NCBI RefSeq assembly: GCF_009914755.1
Contig: NC_060942.1
Reading direction: 5' to 3' (one strand)
DNA: 64,000 bases
Source of the DNA: the human T2T-CHM13v2.0 reference genome, Homo sapiens
Shown in pieces: positions 28,848 to 45,970 of the stretch. The notes under the pieces were generated by a model. That model made no database searches and was not told the DNA's origin. It saw nothing but the letters and a program-made list of their open reading frames with translations. A program made the translations under genes and the position numbers. How positions within the stretch are numbered: position 1 is the first letter of the stretch; each line of letters starts with the position of its first letter.

Positions 28848-29299
28848 TATACAAATAATTTCTAAATTTCACAGTGACTCAAAAATTGGACATACATTAA
28901 TATTCCAATGTCCAATAAAAAGACTCAGACAAATTGAGTAGCTTCTTCAAGCTACACAGACAAGAAACGGCAGCAGAAACAAGATGTGATCCCAGGTCTG
29001 AGAAAATCTCAACCATCTATTGAAGCAGGTGGGATTTATTCTTTTTAATAGTGGTGATTATGATAATGATAGCAATAATAATGCCAATCAATAACAGTTA
29101 TTAAGCATTTAATACATGCCAGCCTCTCTTATAAGCATTATTGAAGTATTAACTCAATAATCCTCAACAAATCCAGGGAGTAAGTGCTAATACACCATAT
29201 TATAGATGAAGAACTTGATGAACAACTAAGAGAGGTTAAGGTAGTAGTGGGAGTTGTTAGAAAGATAACCTGGGTTCACCTCAATTAATCTTAACTACC

Positions 29300-29606
<307 letters not shown>

Positions 29607-29789
29607 CTACCTCTGAGGACATAAAATAAGGTGAACTTACAGAATTACGATCGTCTCTACCCATTTTTCCATCCACTGCCAATACGGTGACTTATAGGAC
29701 ACCGTGAAGAATGCTGGTTAGGCTTGCGAACTCTGGAGCTGGACTGTCATGAGTTGTAATCAGAGCTGAATAAATGTTAGGGAACATCC

Positions 29790-30238
29790 CTTTATTAGTT
29801 TTCTGTGGTTGCCTTAACAAATGACCAGAAACTGAGAAGCTTAAACAACAGAAATTTATTCTCTCATCATTGTGGAGGCCTGAAGTTAAAAGAAGCCAGC
29901 AGGGCCATGCTCCTCCCTCTGAAAGTGCTTGAGAAAGCTGTTCCAGGCCTTTCTTCCAGCTTCGGCTGGTTGCTCACAATCCTTAGTGTTGCTTGGTTTG
30001 TAGACACATCACTTCAACCTCTGCCTCTGCCTTTACCTGGTGCTCTGTGTTTCTCCGTTTCCAAATTTTCCCCTTTTTATAAGCAGTCCTACTGGATTTA
30101 AGGCCACCATAATCAAGTATGACTTCATCTTAACTTGATTACACCTGCGAAGACCCTTCTTCCAAATAAAGTTACATTCCCAGGTTCTGGGTGGATATGA
30201 ATTTGGGAATTTGAGGAGGATACTATTCAACGTAATAC
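29790..30238 (-). mobile_element. MLT1B/C LTR inside a MIR
   Basis: TTAAACAACAGAAATTTATTCTCTCA...GACTTCATCTTAACTTGATTACACCTGC...TTCCAAATAAAGTTACATTC. Confidence 0.8.
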
Positions 30239-30247
30239 AGTCTCTAA

Positions 30248-30459
30248 TTTTTTTTTTTTTTTTTTAAGACAGAATCTCACTCTGTTGCCCAGGCTGGAGT
30301 ACAATGGTGCGATCTCGGCTCACGGCAACCTCCATCTCCCCCCACCCACGTTCAATCGATTCTCATGCCTCGGCCTCCCTGATATTACAGGCATGTGCCA
30401 CCACCTGCCTCAGCCTCCCAAAGTGTTGGGATTACAGGCGTGAGACACTATGCCTGGCC
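30248..30459 (-). mobile_element. Alu with internal deletion
   Basis: Right arm joined to left arm at CCACC; middle A-rich linker absent. Confidence 0.85.
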
Positions 30460-33406
30460 CCTGAAATTCTGTGTCTAAGTTTTTGTCGTGAGTAAAATGG
30501 AGATAAAAATTACATTTATGTCATTGGGTTGTTGTGAGATTTAATATGTACAGAGGACTTAGAACAGGGCTTAGCACAGAGCAGATGTTATTCAAGTGTT
30601 AAATTTTTAAATTACATGACTAATTTCTACTAGAACTTTGATAGGATCAGAAATTCTGTTAGGCTCGGTTCTACTAAAAATAGTTATGTGCATTTTTCAC
30701 CTAGTCATTGTATTTTCCTGTAAATTAATATAGCTGATGACTGAAACTTATGTTTACAGAACTTGGTTTCATTGCAGCAAGGGAGGCTTTGATCCTAATC
30801 AATGCAACAACAGAGTAAGATCAATATACAAGTCATTCTTTATATGATGACATAAAAAATACTGAATTTTATTATATGTCTTTTTGGAGACAGTGTGGGC
30901 TCCCTTTCCTTTTCTTTACTTTATTGTCTTTCCTGTCTTTCCTCTTTTCTCTGTGAAGATTTTGCACCTAGTGAGGTGTGTGCAAGATATCAAAGGGAAC
31001 TATAGCTGCAGCCCAAGAACAAGAAATTATCCAGCTCTAATGGCAAATAAGTGAATGCAGACAATTGTATCTGCTGCTATACATGAAATAAGATTTCATT
31101 TTGGGGCTTGCTAGCCAGGCAGCCCTGAAACAAATTAAAATGAGATTATCTGACAGTGTGGAGGTTTATATGTTTTAAAAACAATTCTGTAGTGAGCTTA
31201 GCTGCTGATTCTGCTTAGTATTTCTTATTTAGCTTAATAAATGATATCACTTGATTGAATCAATGTTTAGTTTTAATCATAGCCTTTGAAACTTGAGAAC
31301 TGGATGGTGCCTTAGAGTATGCAGGGCCACTCCCTTATTTTACCAATAAGGAAATATTTATTCCTTGGGTTTGTAATGAGTTGTGACACATGAAATGCTT
31401 TCCTTCTTCCCAGGCCATCCCTCCTCAAACAATTCCATTCCATTCTTGAAGCTGCCAATTAGTGGTACCAAATATTCATAGGTGTTTTTGAGAAAGCAAA
31501 ATTTGGTTCAATAGAAAATGGAAGAGTCACAGAAAATGAAAACAACAAAAGACCTGCCCATTACTTATTGCCAGTGAAACCTGCAGAGAGTTTAAGGAAG
31601 TCAAACTCTATGGCACAGTGCAATTTCTGAGTGTTTAAGTGTAGCTAAACCTTGCTGAGCTGCAGTTCTTTTGGGTTTACATCAATTAGAATTTTCAAGA
31701 TTGGAAAAATGGCTTTGCAAGCTCTAATTTTGCTCAAAGGTGACTTTATTTTCAGTATTACTTTTGGCAGCATTTTGAAAAATACTTTTAAAGATTAATA
31801 TTGCTTTGCTGTATTTGAATTTTTAATGAATGCATATTTTGTTAGCATTCTCCTTAACCCTAGCCATGTATGGTGAAGGTTTTGATTTGCTCATGAAGTT
31901 CTCACTAAGAATTTGTATTTACACTAGCAATTTCTGGGGTAAGTGAATAAGGCATTCTACTTAGGCTCTGTCCTAAAAGAGATTATAATGCAGTTATGAC
32001 AACTCAGGCTGACAGTCCTAGTAAAAATAATAGAGAATCATAATTTAGAGACTATAATAAAATGCTCTATCTTATTTCCCTCCTGAGAGCATGTGCTGTT
32101 TGCTTTTAGATGAGAAGATTGTATTGGGCTGTGGAACAGACACTCGGATGTCAGTCACCATCTCAGTTGGCCTCTGAGGTTCATGCTATCTTTATCCTTA
32201 TCTCTCATGGGTCCATTAGGCTGCAGTTTCCTCACCTGTGACATACGGAGCCTGGGCCCAGAGAACTTTATGTCCCTTCTTGCTCTAATATTTGGAGTCC
32301 TTGCCATTTTCTGATATAGGTGACCGTGGTACAAATAGCTCATGGCACTCTGTGAGTCTGCTTCTTTGGCTGAGCTAAAATCACTTCAAGCAAAACAAAG
32401 AAAAGAAGAAAAACAAACAAGTCCGCTTTGATGGAAGCAGCCTCATCTGGAGAGCCAGCTGCTGTGTGCCTCCCATTAGGGTGTATTATAAGGAAGAATT
32501 TATACTGTCTTTGCAATAAGCAGATCTGGATTAAATTTGTGGCTTTGCTACTTCCTGGGAGAGTCTCCTAATCTCTTTTGATTTCAGTTTCCTTAACTGT
32601 AAAATAGGAATAATATCTTCCCTACTATTTAGGCTTTTTATGATGAGCTAGTAAGATTTGTCCTTGAGAGTTATTTGCAAGCTATATAGTGTTCTAAGCT
32701 ATACTTTCTGCCGTGGAGATGTTCAGATCATGAAGATCCCATGTATTCTTTTAGGAAAGAACATCAAATTTCACTTGGCTCTAGCCTCTTTGTCAAACAA
32801 AGTCCAGCCACCCTAGTATGCTGCACAGCATTGCATACTACAAAATATCATAGGAAAGCCTGAAAAGAAGAGGGACGTTATGAACCTACACATCTGAAGT
32901 GCTCATGTGGTCTCTCGTCGCCCTCTAATAAGTATTGCTCTTAACCATCCATAGTTGCTAGAAAGAAACTGTGGATCTTTCTCCTGTTGTTCTTGCTTAT
33001 AATGACTCTGGCGCTTGCCTTTGCAGGTACCTTTAGCTCCGGGATTTCATCTGGCTTAGGAGCTTTCTCTTAGCTCTTGAAATGTCTGTAAAAGCCTCTG
33101 TAACTTACTTAATATGTTACTCAATCATATAATAAAAACATTATTTAATGTAATTATGTTCTTGACATTATGTCTGTCTTGGGAGTACAGCTTTGAACTT
33201 GATAAACTCCTGGTTCCCAGGGACATTAAAAATGTGAAAAAGCATCACTAGAAGTATCTAAGCTCTTCAGAACCTCTTGAGCCCAGTCTTAGTGTATGTG
33301 GAAAAAGATCCTTCCTATTCCTTAAATGCACTCCTTAAACTACTGTTCTCTTGAAAAAAATTGGGGAAATTTCTTGCTCTTTTATTCTACAGCAGGAATA
33401 TTTTTT

Positions 33407-35297
<1,891 letters not shown>

Positions 35298-37027
35298 ACA
35301 GCAGGAACATTTTTTATAGAGACTCATGAAATAGCTATTTTTTAGAGATTGTGCAGCCAGCATAATTTGGAGACTTGGTTTGCATTTATTCTCTTCACAA
35401 ATGATAAATTCAGGTGGCCCTAGAAGTGGCTAATTATAAAAACCAAAGAGAGGAAGCTGAGAAACAGAATTCTTTACATTCACCAGATAACATATGCTTA
35501 CCTTGTTTCAATTTATGAGCATAACTTCTCCCTCTGTAGACTAACCTTGTCCAGGGATACTCTCTGGTGACCTTGTCCTGTCCTTGGTGTTTAGGTACCC
35601 CTGACAAATATTCTGTCAAAGTCAAGAGTGATACCTATAGTAAAGCCCTACTTCATAGCTGCAAATGAAATTAGAGCTACCCACAACTTTGAAGAACAAA
35701 GTTGGGAGCTTAACGCAGTATAATTGCTGATTGTCAATGCTGATTAGCCTATTGGCGAGTGAATGAGTCAGCATCTGTCATACACTGCTAGCCTACAGGT
35801 AAAAAGACTGTGAGTGCTGGCAGGAATGCTATGAATCTTATGTATCTGGGTGGAGTGGAAGTGACTCAGCCCAAATTAAGAAAGTAGCAGCCTGACACAG
35901 CTGCATTGCTTCAGCTAGCTGAATTCCTGAGCCAGCTCCAGGGTACTCAGTGTCAATTGACATTGGATGAACATCTTATTGAATCTCTCTCTCTTTCTCA
36001 CTAGATTTATTAAAGCATAATGTACATGCCATTAAATTCACCTGTTTTAAGTGTACAGTTCAATGATTCTTAGGAAATTTACAGACTTTTACAACCATCA
36101 ACTCAAACCAGGTTAGAATATTTTATTACCCCAATATCTCTTATGTTTGTTTGCAGTCAGTACTCAATCCCATCCCCTAGCTCAGAGAGCCATTAATCTA
36201 CTCTCTATAGGTTTGCCTTATCTGGACGTTTCATATAAATGGAATCACACATTATGTATTTTTTTGTGTTTGACTTCTTTCACTTAGCATAATGTTTTTG
36301 AGGTCCACCCATTATGTAGCATATATTAGCAGCTTTTTTCTTTTTATAAATGAATGGTATTCTATTGTATGGATTTATCACACTAGGTTTATCCATTTGT
36401 CCAGTGATAGACATTTACACTGTTTCTACTTTTGGGCTATTAATGATAATGCTGTTGTTAATAGTTGCATACATATTTCTGGCCCTACATTGTCAAATTA
36501 GAGTCTTCATAGTTAAGATTACTTATGTGCTAGTCACATTTTTTAGCTTTTAATGTCTAGAATTCTTCCACATAAATGTATGTATTTGTGTATTATACAT
36601 ACACACCTGAATCTACATAGATACTTGCACACCATATGTACTTACTGTGTGTCTTTACTCTGAAATCATGAGCCATCATTCCAGGGTACCTTACTTTGTT
36701 AATATCTATCTTTTCATTGCAGCTATTCTAGTGGATATAAAATGGCATCTCTATGCTTTGGGGTAGCAGGTCCCTGGTAACTAATGATATTAATGTGCTT
36801 ATTAGCTATTTGTATATCTTCCTTGGAGAAATATCTACTAAAATTCATTGCCATTTCTTTTTAGCTCAGCAAAGCTAACACTGCCAAATTTCAATAGAAC
36901 TACTTTTCTGTTTATAATTGAGTTATAAGAGTTAAATATTCTAGATGTAAGTCCCTTATCAAATATATGACTTGCAAGTATTTTCTTTCGTTCTGTGAGT
37001 TGTCTTTTCACTTTCTTGGTGGTATCC

Positions 37028-37329
37028 TTTTTATATTTTATTTTTCTGAGACAGGGTCTGGCTCTGTCAAACAGGCTGGAATACCATGGCACCATATCGG
37101 CTAAGTGCAACCTCTGCCTCCTGAGCACAAGAGATCCTCCCACCTTAACCTCCCAAGTAACTAGGCCAACTGGTGTGTGCCACTATGCCTGGCTAATTTT
37201 TGTATTTTTGGTAGAAATGAGATTTTGCCATGTTTCACAAGCTGGTCTTGAACTCCTGGACTCAAGCAGTCCTCCCACCTTAGGCTCCTGAAGTGTTGGG
37301 ATTACAGGCATGAGCCACTGTGCCTGGCC
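37028..37329 (-). mobile_element. AluJ
   Basis: Reverse dimer; TSD GTGGTATCCTTT. Confidence 0.92.
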
Positions 37330-38153
37330 TCTCAGTGGTATCCTTTGAAGCACAAAAATTTTTAATACTGATGAAGTCAAATTTATCTATCTTTTCTGTT
37401 GTTGTTTGTACTTCTGGTGTCATGTCTAGCAAACCATTGCCTAACCCTTGGTTGTAAATATTCACTCCTGTATTTTCTTCCAAGAATTTTATATTTATTG
37501 TTTATAGCTTTTCTATAGGGTCTGTGAACCTTGAATTTATTTTTTTTGTATGGCATGAGGTGGGGATTCAAATTTTTCAAATTTATGTTTTTGCGTATGG
37601 ATATCCAGTTGTACTGGCAACATTATTGAACAGACTATTCTTTTCCCATTGAATTAACTTGGTACCCTTATTAAAAATCAGTGTACCATAAAAGGGTTTA
37701 TTTCTGAAATATTAATAATATTTCATTGAGTCATATGCCTATCATTTTGGCAGTGCCACATTGTCTTGATTACTGTAGCATTATATTAAGTTTTGAAATC
37801 AGAAAATGTGAGTTTTTCAATGTTTGTTTTTTTAAAGTTTGCTTTGGCTATTCTGGGTGGCCCTTACATTTTTATATGATATTTAAAAATCAACTTGTCA
37901 GTTTCTGCCAAAAACAAAATTCACCTCAGATAGGATTTTGGTAAGGATTGCATTGAATCTATAGATCAATTTGGGGAGTTTTGCCATCCTAACAATATTA
38001 AGTCCCTGATACATTAATGTGGATGCATTTCCATTTATTTAGGTCTTTGTAAATTAATTTCAGTGATTATTTTATAGTTTTCAGCGCATAAGTTGGCGCT
38101 TTGTTTGTTAAACTTATTTCTAAGTATTTTATTCTTTATGCTATTGTAAATAG

Positions 38154-38452
<299 letters not shown>

Positions 38453-39198
38453 AAGTTGTTTTCTTAATTATATTTTTAGATTGTTCATTGCTGGTGCATA
38501 GAAATACAATTAATTTTATATAGAAATACAGTTGATTTTTATATTGAAATTGTACCCTGCAATTTTGGGGTACAATGTTAGTGATTGAAATGAATACATA
38601 ACCCTTTTAGCACTTTGAATATGTCATTCCATTGCCTCCTGGCCTCCATTGTTTCTGGGGAGAAGTTAGCTGTTAATTTTATTAAGAGTTTCCTTACATG
38701 TGATGACTAATTTTTTCTTACTGCTTACAAAATATTTTATTTGTCTTTGTCTTTCAGCATTTTTGCTATAATGTGTCTAGGTGTAAATATCATTGAATTT
38801 ATTTTACGTGAAGTTTTTTAACTTCAAATTTGGAAAATTTTTTCTGTTGCTATATATATATAATGCTCTTTTCTCTCTCTTCTTTTTGGTTCTAACTTTA
38901 CATATATGTTGATGTGCCTAATGATGTCCCACATTTCTCTGATGCTATGTTCACTTTTCCTCATTCTTTTTGTTTCTATCTGTTCTTCAGACTGCATAAT
39001 CTCTATCAATCTATTTCCAAGTTCTCTGATTCTTTTTTCTGCCAGTTAAAATTTATTGTTGAGCCCATCTAGTTAATTTATTTCAATTATTGTACTCTTC
39101 AACTCCAGGATGTTCATTTTGTTTTCTTTTATAAATTCAATATCTTTATTGATAGTCTTTATTCAGTGAGACATTGTCAATTTACCTTCTTTTACTTA

Positions 39199-39619
<421 letters not shown>

Positions 39620-40519
39620 TTAATCCTGTATGTGCATCACACATTCCCATTTCTACCAGAAATTGTAACTACATAGTTTTTTTTTCCTCCTATTCTTTTC
39701 CTCCTTCAAGGAAAAAAAACAAACAAACCCTTAACTTTGTGAACATCACTTTAGTAAAGGTATGTGACAGAACATAGAACAAAACGACCTAAAAGTCTGA
39801 CTTATGTGTCCCAAAAGTTTTAATTTCTTTTTTTAATTTAGAGTATTTTGAATAAAATAGTTGGGAGCAGTGGAAGAAAGAAAGTGGTGTTCCATGACTA
39901 CTCCCCATCATTGTAGAAAGAGAATCACATGGGTGGAAAGGAAAAAGAAAGTAATGGTAAGAGTGACTAAAGAAAGAGAAATTGAGAACCTTTGAGAATG
40001 TGAGATCTGGGACCTGATTGCAGAACAGGATGTTCATAAGGTGGGCTGAGGAAGAAGAACACTATCAGTGAGAGTCAAGAATGTGTTATCAGTGAAGGTG
40101 GACAGAGTCCTACACAATATACAAAGTTTTCTTTTCCCCAAGGTGGAGCAGAAGCTGCAGCTTTACACCTATGCTTCAGCCTGCGCTGGCCACAGCAGAG
40201 ATGACAAGAGACTCGAAGGAGTTTTGTGGATAGGAACACGAACTATCTCAAGAGTGACCAGTGTATACTTATGGCTGAGGAATAAAAATGGAGAAACGTA
40301 GGTCTGAGTGTTCTTGCTTGTACAGATAACTCAAATACAGAGGCACCACAGTACCCTATCCCTATATGAGCCCCTAAAACTTAGAAGCAACCACAGCATT
40401 CCTAAAGTATAAGGACTCTGAATAAAAATTAAGTTATAACATAGAACAATAAAAGAAGAAAAAAAATTTGCACACACAGAGGAACAATCAAGAAAACGTG
40501 GCAAGGAAGGGTAATGACA

Positions 40520-41170
40520 GGGAAGAATTCTACCATAAATTAAAATGTGCTACAGCCCATATGTTAAAAACTGTGTAGTGTTGGTAGAAGACTAGACAGA
40601 CATAACAATCAGACAAAAAGAAAAGTCCAAAAATTAGACCCAATCACATATGGAAATCAAGTACGCAATAAGGGCAATCTCTGACTTGATAGATAAAATT
40701 ATAGATTTTGTAATAAGTGGTTTTGAGATAAGTGAATATATATATTAAATACATCAAGTTGGATCCATTTTTCACATTACACACTAGGATAAATTCCAAA
40801 TGGATTAGGTATTTAAAGATAAAAGTATTAAACCATACAAGCAAAATGAGAAAACATGATGTAATGGCTGAATTCTTTTATATCTGGAGAAAGGCAAAAT
40901 TCTTTTCTAATCATGAAAACAAAATACTCCATATGCATAATAACAAGAAAAATGACAAGATGGGACACAGTATTTGTAATAGAATGGACTGAAAGTTAAC
41001 ATCTTTAAAATATAAAGAACTATTAAAAATGAGAGAAATGTGCCAACAATTCAATTTTAAAAATGGACAAAAATAGGCCACAGATATGTCACTGAAAATG
41101 AAATGAAAATTCTCTCACATATGAAAGTGTAATCAATCTCTCTCGTATTAATAAAAATATAAATTTAGGA
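40520..41170 (+). mobile_element. Old L1ME ORF2 3' fragment
   Basis: Translates to KLDPFFTLHTRINSKWIRYL (ORF 40732-40992), an L1 ORF2 motif. Confidence 0.7.
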
Positions 41171-41494
41171 TACAATAATTAATTTGTTTTTCTAATGAGG
41201 AATGCTGCCTCAGTATCTCATCACATTTTCAACACTCTTCTCATATAGCTCTTAACACAATATGACTTAGTGTTCACCAAGGTAGAGATTTTAGGGAAGT
41301 TACTGCCCCCCACATACTCTCCACCATACCAAGAACAAGATTGTGTTTATTTGCTTTCACTCTAGTGCTCAGTATGATGTATTTACCTGATTTGTGCCTT
41401 TAACTGATTGAAACCCCTATGTGAATGCTTAGTGTAATGATAAATATACACCCAGAAAAACAGCACCATCCCTTCTGTTCTAACTTTCTAGTGA

Positions 41495-41750
41495 GATGCA
41501 GCATAGTGTAGTGGGCAAACTCACAGCTTTGGAGCCAGATTATTAAGTTTCACTTACTGGCTCTGCAATTTATAGCTGTGCGACGTTGGGCAAGATATTT
41601 ATTCTCTCTGTATTTCTATTTCCTTTAAATGATGATGTAAATGAAAATAGCTTAGCTATAGGATTTTATGAAAACTAAATGATTTATTAACATAAAATTC
41701 TTACAATAGTGCCATCTGATAGGTTTAAGTGCTAGATAAATATTTTACAT
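41495..41750 (+). mobile_element. MIR
   Basis: GCAGCATAGTGTAGTGG...CTTTGGAGCCAGA...TTGGGCAAG. Confidence 0.7.
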
Positions 41751-42985
41751 TGTTATTAGTCAGGAAAATAGCACTTACTTTCAATCCAAAGAGACTGGGG
41801 AAAGATCAGGAAGATAATTACAAATACATATATATTGGGTTTAGTGGAGGTTGATGTGGGGGCTCAATTTTTTTCCATTTTTAACTGCTTGCCTCCCATG
41901 ATAAGTTGTGCCAACAATATTTGTTGCATATTGAGGTAGCCAATCTTATACTTTTCTTCTTATCTAATGTCTAGACAACACTGATTTTCCCACGATATTC
42001 TTACTTATCTCATGAGCTTGGAATGACCAGTGAACATCAAGCCAGAGGTTATCTTGAAAGACAGGCTTCCAGGCCTTCCGAAATTATGCGTCTTTGTAAA
42101 TCAAAGAAATTATTGAAGAGATTATGTTAAGCTTGGCATTTGCCACCTTACTAGAGAACAATAGCTTCTGAACACCATATCTTGGCTGTATTTTAGGAGA
42201 AGATAGTGATCCTTATAGTCAACCAAGGAATGGCTGGAGGATGGGGCTTCAACTTGCCCAATCTTTCCATCTCTTCAAATATGTTAATAATGGTAATGAT
42301 AATAACAATACCACTTGACATGAAAGACTAGTATTAATTTTACACAAAATGTGATTAGAGGTATACTTAGAAGTCTTTGTTATCTTTATTGATCTTTGAT
42401 ATAAAATATAAGCAAACTTAATCTGCTTCCAATGAAAACACAGTATTAAGATGAATCTCCTGCCCTCTTACTGTCTCTGAGCCCCTTCTAGACTTCTCTT
42501 TACTGCAGAAAATCTGGAGCTGCCTACTGGCTGGATCCATTGATGAATGAAAACTCTATAACAATTTGTAACAAGAGAAAGTTAAAAGTCTGTGGAAGCC
42601 CTCTAGGACCTGGAATCCATCTCTATTCGTATGTCTAATATTCCCACTGTATAAGTAACCTTTATTCCAGAATTATAAATATCCACTTGCCTTAAAGAAA
42701 AGGATTTAGTATCATTCATTTTATTTTTAATAAATCCTAAAAGAAAACAGGAAGCAGCACAGTTTGGAGGAAATGAAATAGTATTGAGATTTAGATCCAT
42801 CTCTGAACAACTGGGCTGTGAATGGGTAGAGTTCCCTTAAAATATTTTATTACCTTAGCAAATAGGGCAATCTGAATAGAAATTCAAGGCTGTAGATTGC
42901 AAAAGCAGGACTAACACCACATGTTGTGGAGGGAAGTCAGGCTGGACCAGGTATAGGGAACTGGCTAATCATAAAAGCCAATTTG

Positions 42986-43270
42986 GGCTGGGCACGGTGG
43001 CTCACGCCTATAATTCCAGCACTTTGGGAGGCCAAGGTGGGCAGATCACAAGGTCAAGAGATCGAGACCATCCTGGCCAACGTGGTGAAACCCTGCCTCT
43101 ACTAACAATACAAAAACTAGCCGGGCATGGTGGCACATGCCTGTAGTCCCAGATACTCAGGAGGCTGAGGCAGGAGAATCAATTGAACCCAGGAGGTGGA
43201 GGTTGCAGTGAGCCAAGATCATGCCACTGCAGTCCAGCCTGGGGGACAGAGCAAGACTCTGTCTCAAAAA

Positions 43271-43317
<47 letters not shown>

Positions 43318-43343
43318 ATATAAATAAAAAATAAAAGAAAAGA
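42986..43343 (+). mobile_element. AluSc-type with (TAAA)n tail
   Basis: TSD AAAAGCCAATTTG on both sides. Confidence 0.95.
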
Positions 43344-44129
43344 AAAAGCCAATTTGGTGAAAAGAAACTCTTCTCCTTAGGAAATAGGACTCTGGGCAAG
43401 AATATGCAGACTGATGATCGAGTGAGGAAGCCAGTGACTGGAGAAATGGGAACCAACATTAGAGTGACACTGGCAATATGGAGACGAGATTGAATCAGCC
43501 CTTTGTCACAAGGTGTCTGATTGAGAAAAGTTGACTCATTATCCATCGGGTAAACAACCAAAATGCTCTTTGCATTTCCCTTTCTAGGGACAAAATGAGA
43601 CCCAGGGCCTGGAATAGGAGGAATAGATTAAGTGAAGCTTGTTTCTCAGTTTAGAGGTGTTAGAAGGAGGGGAATCTATGCAGCCTTTACAGAGTCATTT
43701 CCCTAAACACCTGTATTCCTCCCAGAGCTGCTGTGAGAAGCAGTCCTGTGGAATGGAAAGTACCTGGCTCTGGAATGAGACACACCTGGGTCTGCATCTT
43801 GGTTCCACCCTCTCTGCTTGTCCCATAGCATCCATTTTCCTTCACCACTCAGTCACGGCATCATGGTCTAGGCAGTGCTGGTAATACAACTACTGCAGAG
43901 GATTACATTGGAAAATCTAGGTGGAAAGTCTGGCACAACATAGGTTCTCAAAAATTAATAGCATTTATTTTGAACTCATTTGAAGGAAGTTTGATAATCT
44001 TTTAAAAATTTTTGCTTCCCTTTTCCTTCAAGCAATTCAATAAGGTAAAATATGCCTTCATAATTTGATAATCAATGATTTAACAAAATGTAAAATGAAT
44101 ATATGCATTTATGTAATAATTTAGCCTTT

Positions 44130-44560
44130 AAGACTTTTCCCCCAGAGATATGAGAAGATGTATGTACAAAAGTATTCACTTCATCATTGTTTGTAACTGA
44201 AGAAAACTAGAACCAACCTAAATGTTAGGGTTAAATAAATTATGATATACTCATGAAATGAAACATCTCAGTCTCTAAAATGAACAGAATAGGTCTTTAT
44301 GAGATGATTTTAAAATACAGCCAAGATATATGTATGATTCCATTTGTATAAAAAGAGCATATATGTATGTTTGTATGTGTAACTATTTTATGGAATGCAA
44401 AATACATTTTATTTTAACTGCATTTAAATTTTAAATGTATTTAACATTTAGAGAATAGTATAAATATGTCAAAAGTTAGAAAGTGAGAAAATTTAATTTA
44501 AATACTTTGGTATTTGAATTATAACCTTGAACATTCATTACTTCTGTGATTTTAAAATAA
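44130..44560 (+). mobile_element. Old L1ME 3' fragment
   Basis: CATTGTTTGTAACTGAAGAAAACTAGAACCAACCTAAATG...TTAAATAAATTATGATATA. Confidence 0.55.
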
Positions 44561-45293
44561 TGGTTAAAAATGGCCACCTGGCTTTTTTTAATCCACAGAT
44601 TTTTTAAATGAAGAGAAACTTGTGTTGGCTTGAGACATTAATGCAATAATAGTTTTTTTTTTTTTTTTTTTTACTGAATATTTCACTTATTTCTTTCTTT
44701 ACATAACTGAAATATTTAAGGTGCACAAAAAAAGGGTGGGAAAAATAAAATAAAATCCATGTACAACCTCAGGCCTAAAATTTGTCATCTTAACATTTGC
44801 CATCTTGATTACAAACTCTTTTATTTATTTATAAATAAACAGAAAAACAAAGAAATAAAATGATATTACTATATTAGAGGCTCTACTTTTACCTTCTCCC
44901 CTTGCTATTTCCATTTCTCTTCTGGAATCGCTATCCTGAAGTGGTTTACTTCTTTCTCATGCATGTGTTTTTGCTGTTTGATCTTTACGACAACACTTTA
45001 GCACAGGTATTATTATCATACTCGAATATCCTATTTTCTTATATGTGATTATATGTAATATGTATGTATTTCCTTATCTATAATGTATATGTATATATAA
45101 ACTCTTCATATGTGTGTGCACATATAAGGATATTGAAACTTAGAAAGGTATAGTAATTGATACTACTCATGTAACTAGCAAATGATGAAGCTTAAATGCA
45201 AACCCAGGGCAATCCGGCTAAGGCTTCAAGTGTATTTCACTTAAAGTGATTACTTTTTAAATTGTGGGGAGATTTACTTTATTCACATCTTAC

Positions 45294-45717
45294 TGTTATG
45301 AGTTAAATTGCATCCCTCAAAAGGGTGTTCCTGAGTCTTTACACCCAGTACCTATGAATATGATCTTACTTGGAAATGGAGTCTTCGTAGATAAAATCAA
45401 ATTAAGATGAGCTCATGCTTGATTAGGATCAGCCCTAACGATGACTGGTGTCCTTCTAAGAAAAGGAGAACAGACAGAGATAGACTAAGAGGGAAGAATG
45501 CCATGTGAAGATAGAGGCAGTGTTTGGAGTGACGCAGGCGCAAGGAAGAGATGCCGAGGCTTGCCAGCGAACTCCAGACGCTAAAGGAAAGGCATGGAAC
45601 AGTTTCTTCCCCAGATCCTTCAGAGAGAACATGGCCCTGCCAACACCTGAATGTCGTATTTGTTTTAACACATACAATTTGTGGTACTTTGTTATCATAG
45701 CCCTGGGTAACCAATCA
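45294..45717 (+). mobile_element. MLT1B/C LTR
   Basis: TGTTATGAGTTAAATTG...GATGACTGGTGTCCTT...GCCATGTGAAGATAGAGGCAG...GTGGTACTTTGTTA. Confidence 0.85.
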
Positions 45718-45749
45718 ATTGGTTTTGTTGTCACTCATTTAACAAATGT

Positions 45750-45970
45750 GTGTGGAGCAATTTAGGAAAATGGTTAAGTATATGCATTCTTGAACCAAAT
45801 ATCTTATGTGTAGATCCTAAGTCTTAGGGCAAGTTATTAACCTCTCTCTGCTTCAGCTTCCTCATTTTAAAATTACGCTAATAATAGAACTTTCTTCATA
45901 GAATTTTTATGAGAATGGCATGAGTTAATATGTGTAAAGCATTTAGAACATGAACGTAGTATCATTAACA
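45750..45970 (+). mobile_element. MIR
   Basis: GGGCAAGTTATTAACCTCTCTCTGCTTCAGCTTCCTCAT...TGTGTAAAGCATTTAGAACA. Confidence 0.7.

Noticed and set aside
32990-33060. Splice-acceptor-like CCTTTGCAG|G and similar sites at ~23862 and ~25090
   Set aside because: No convincing paired donor or coding frame; expected by chance
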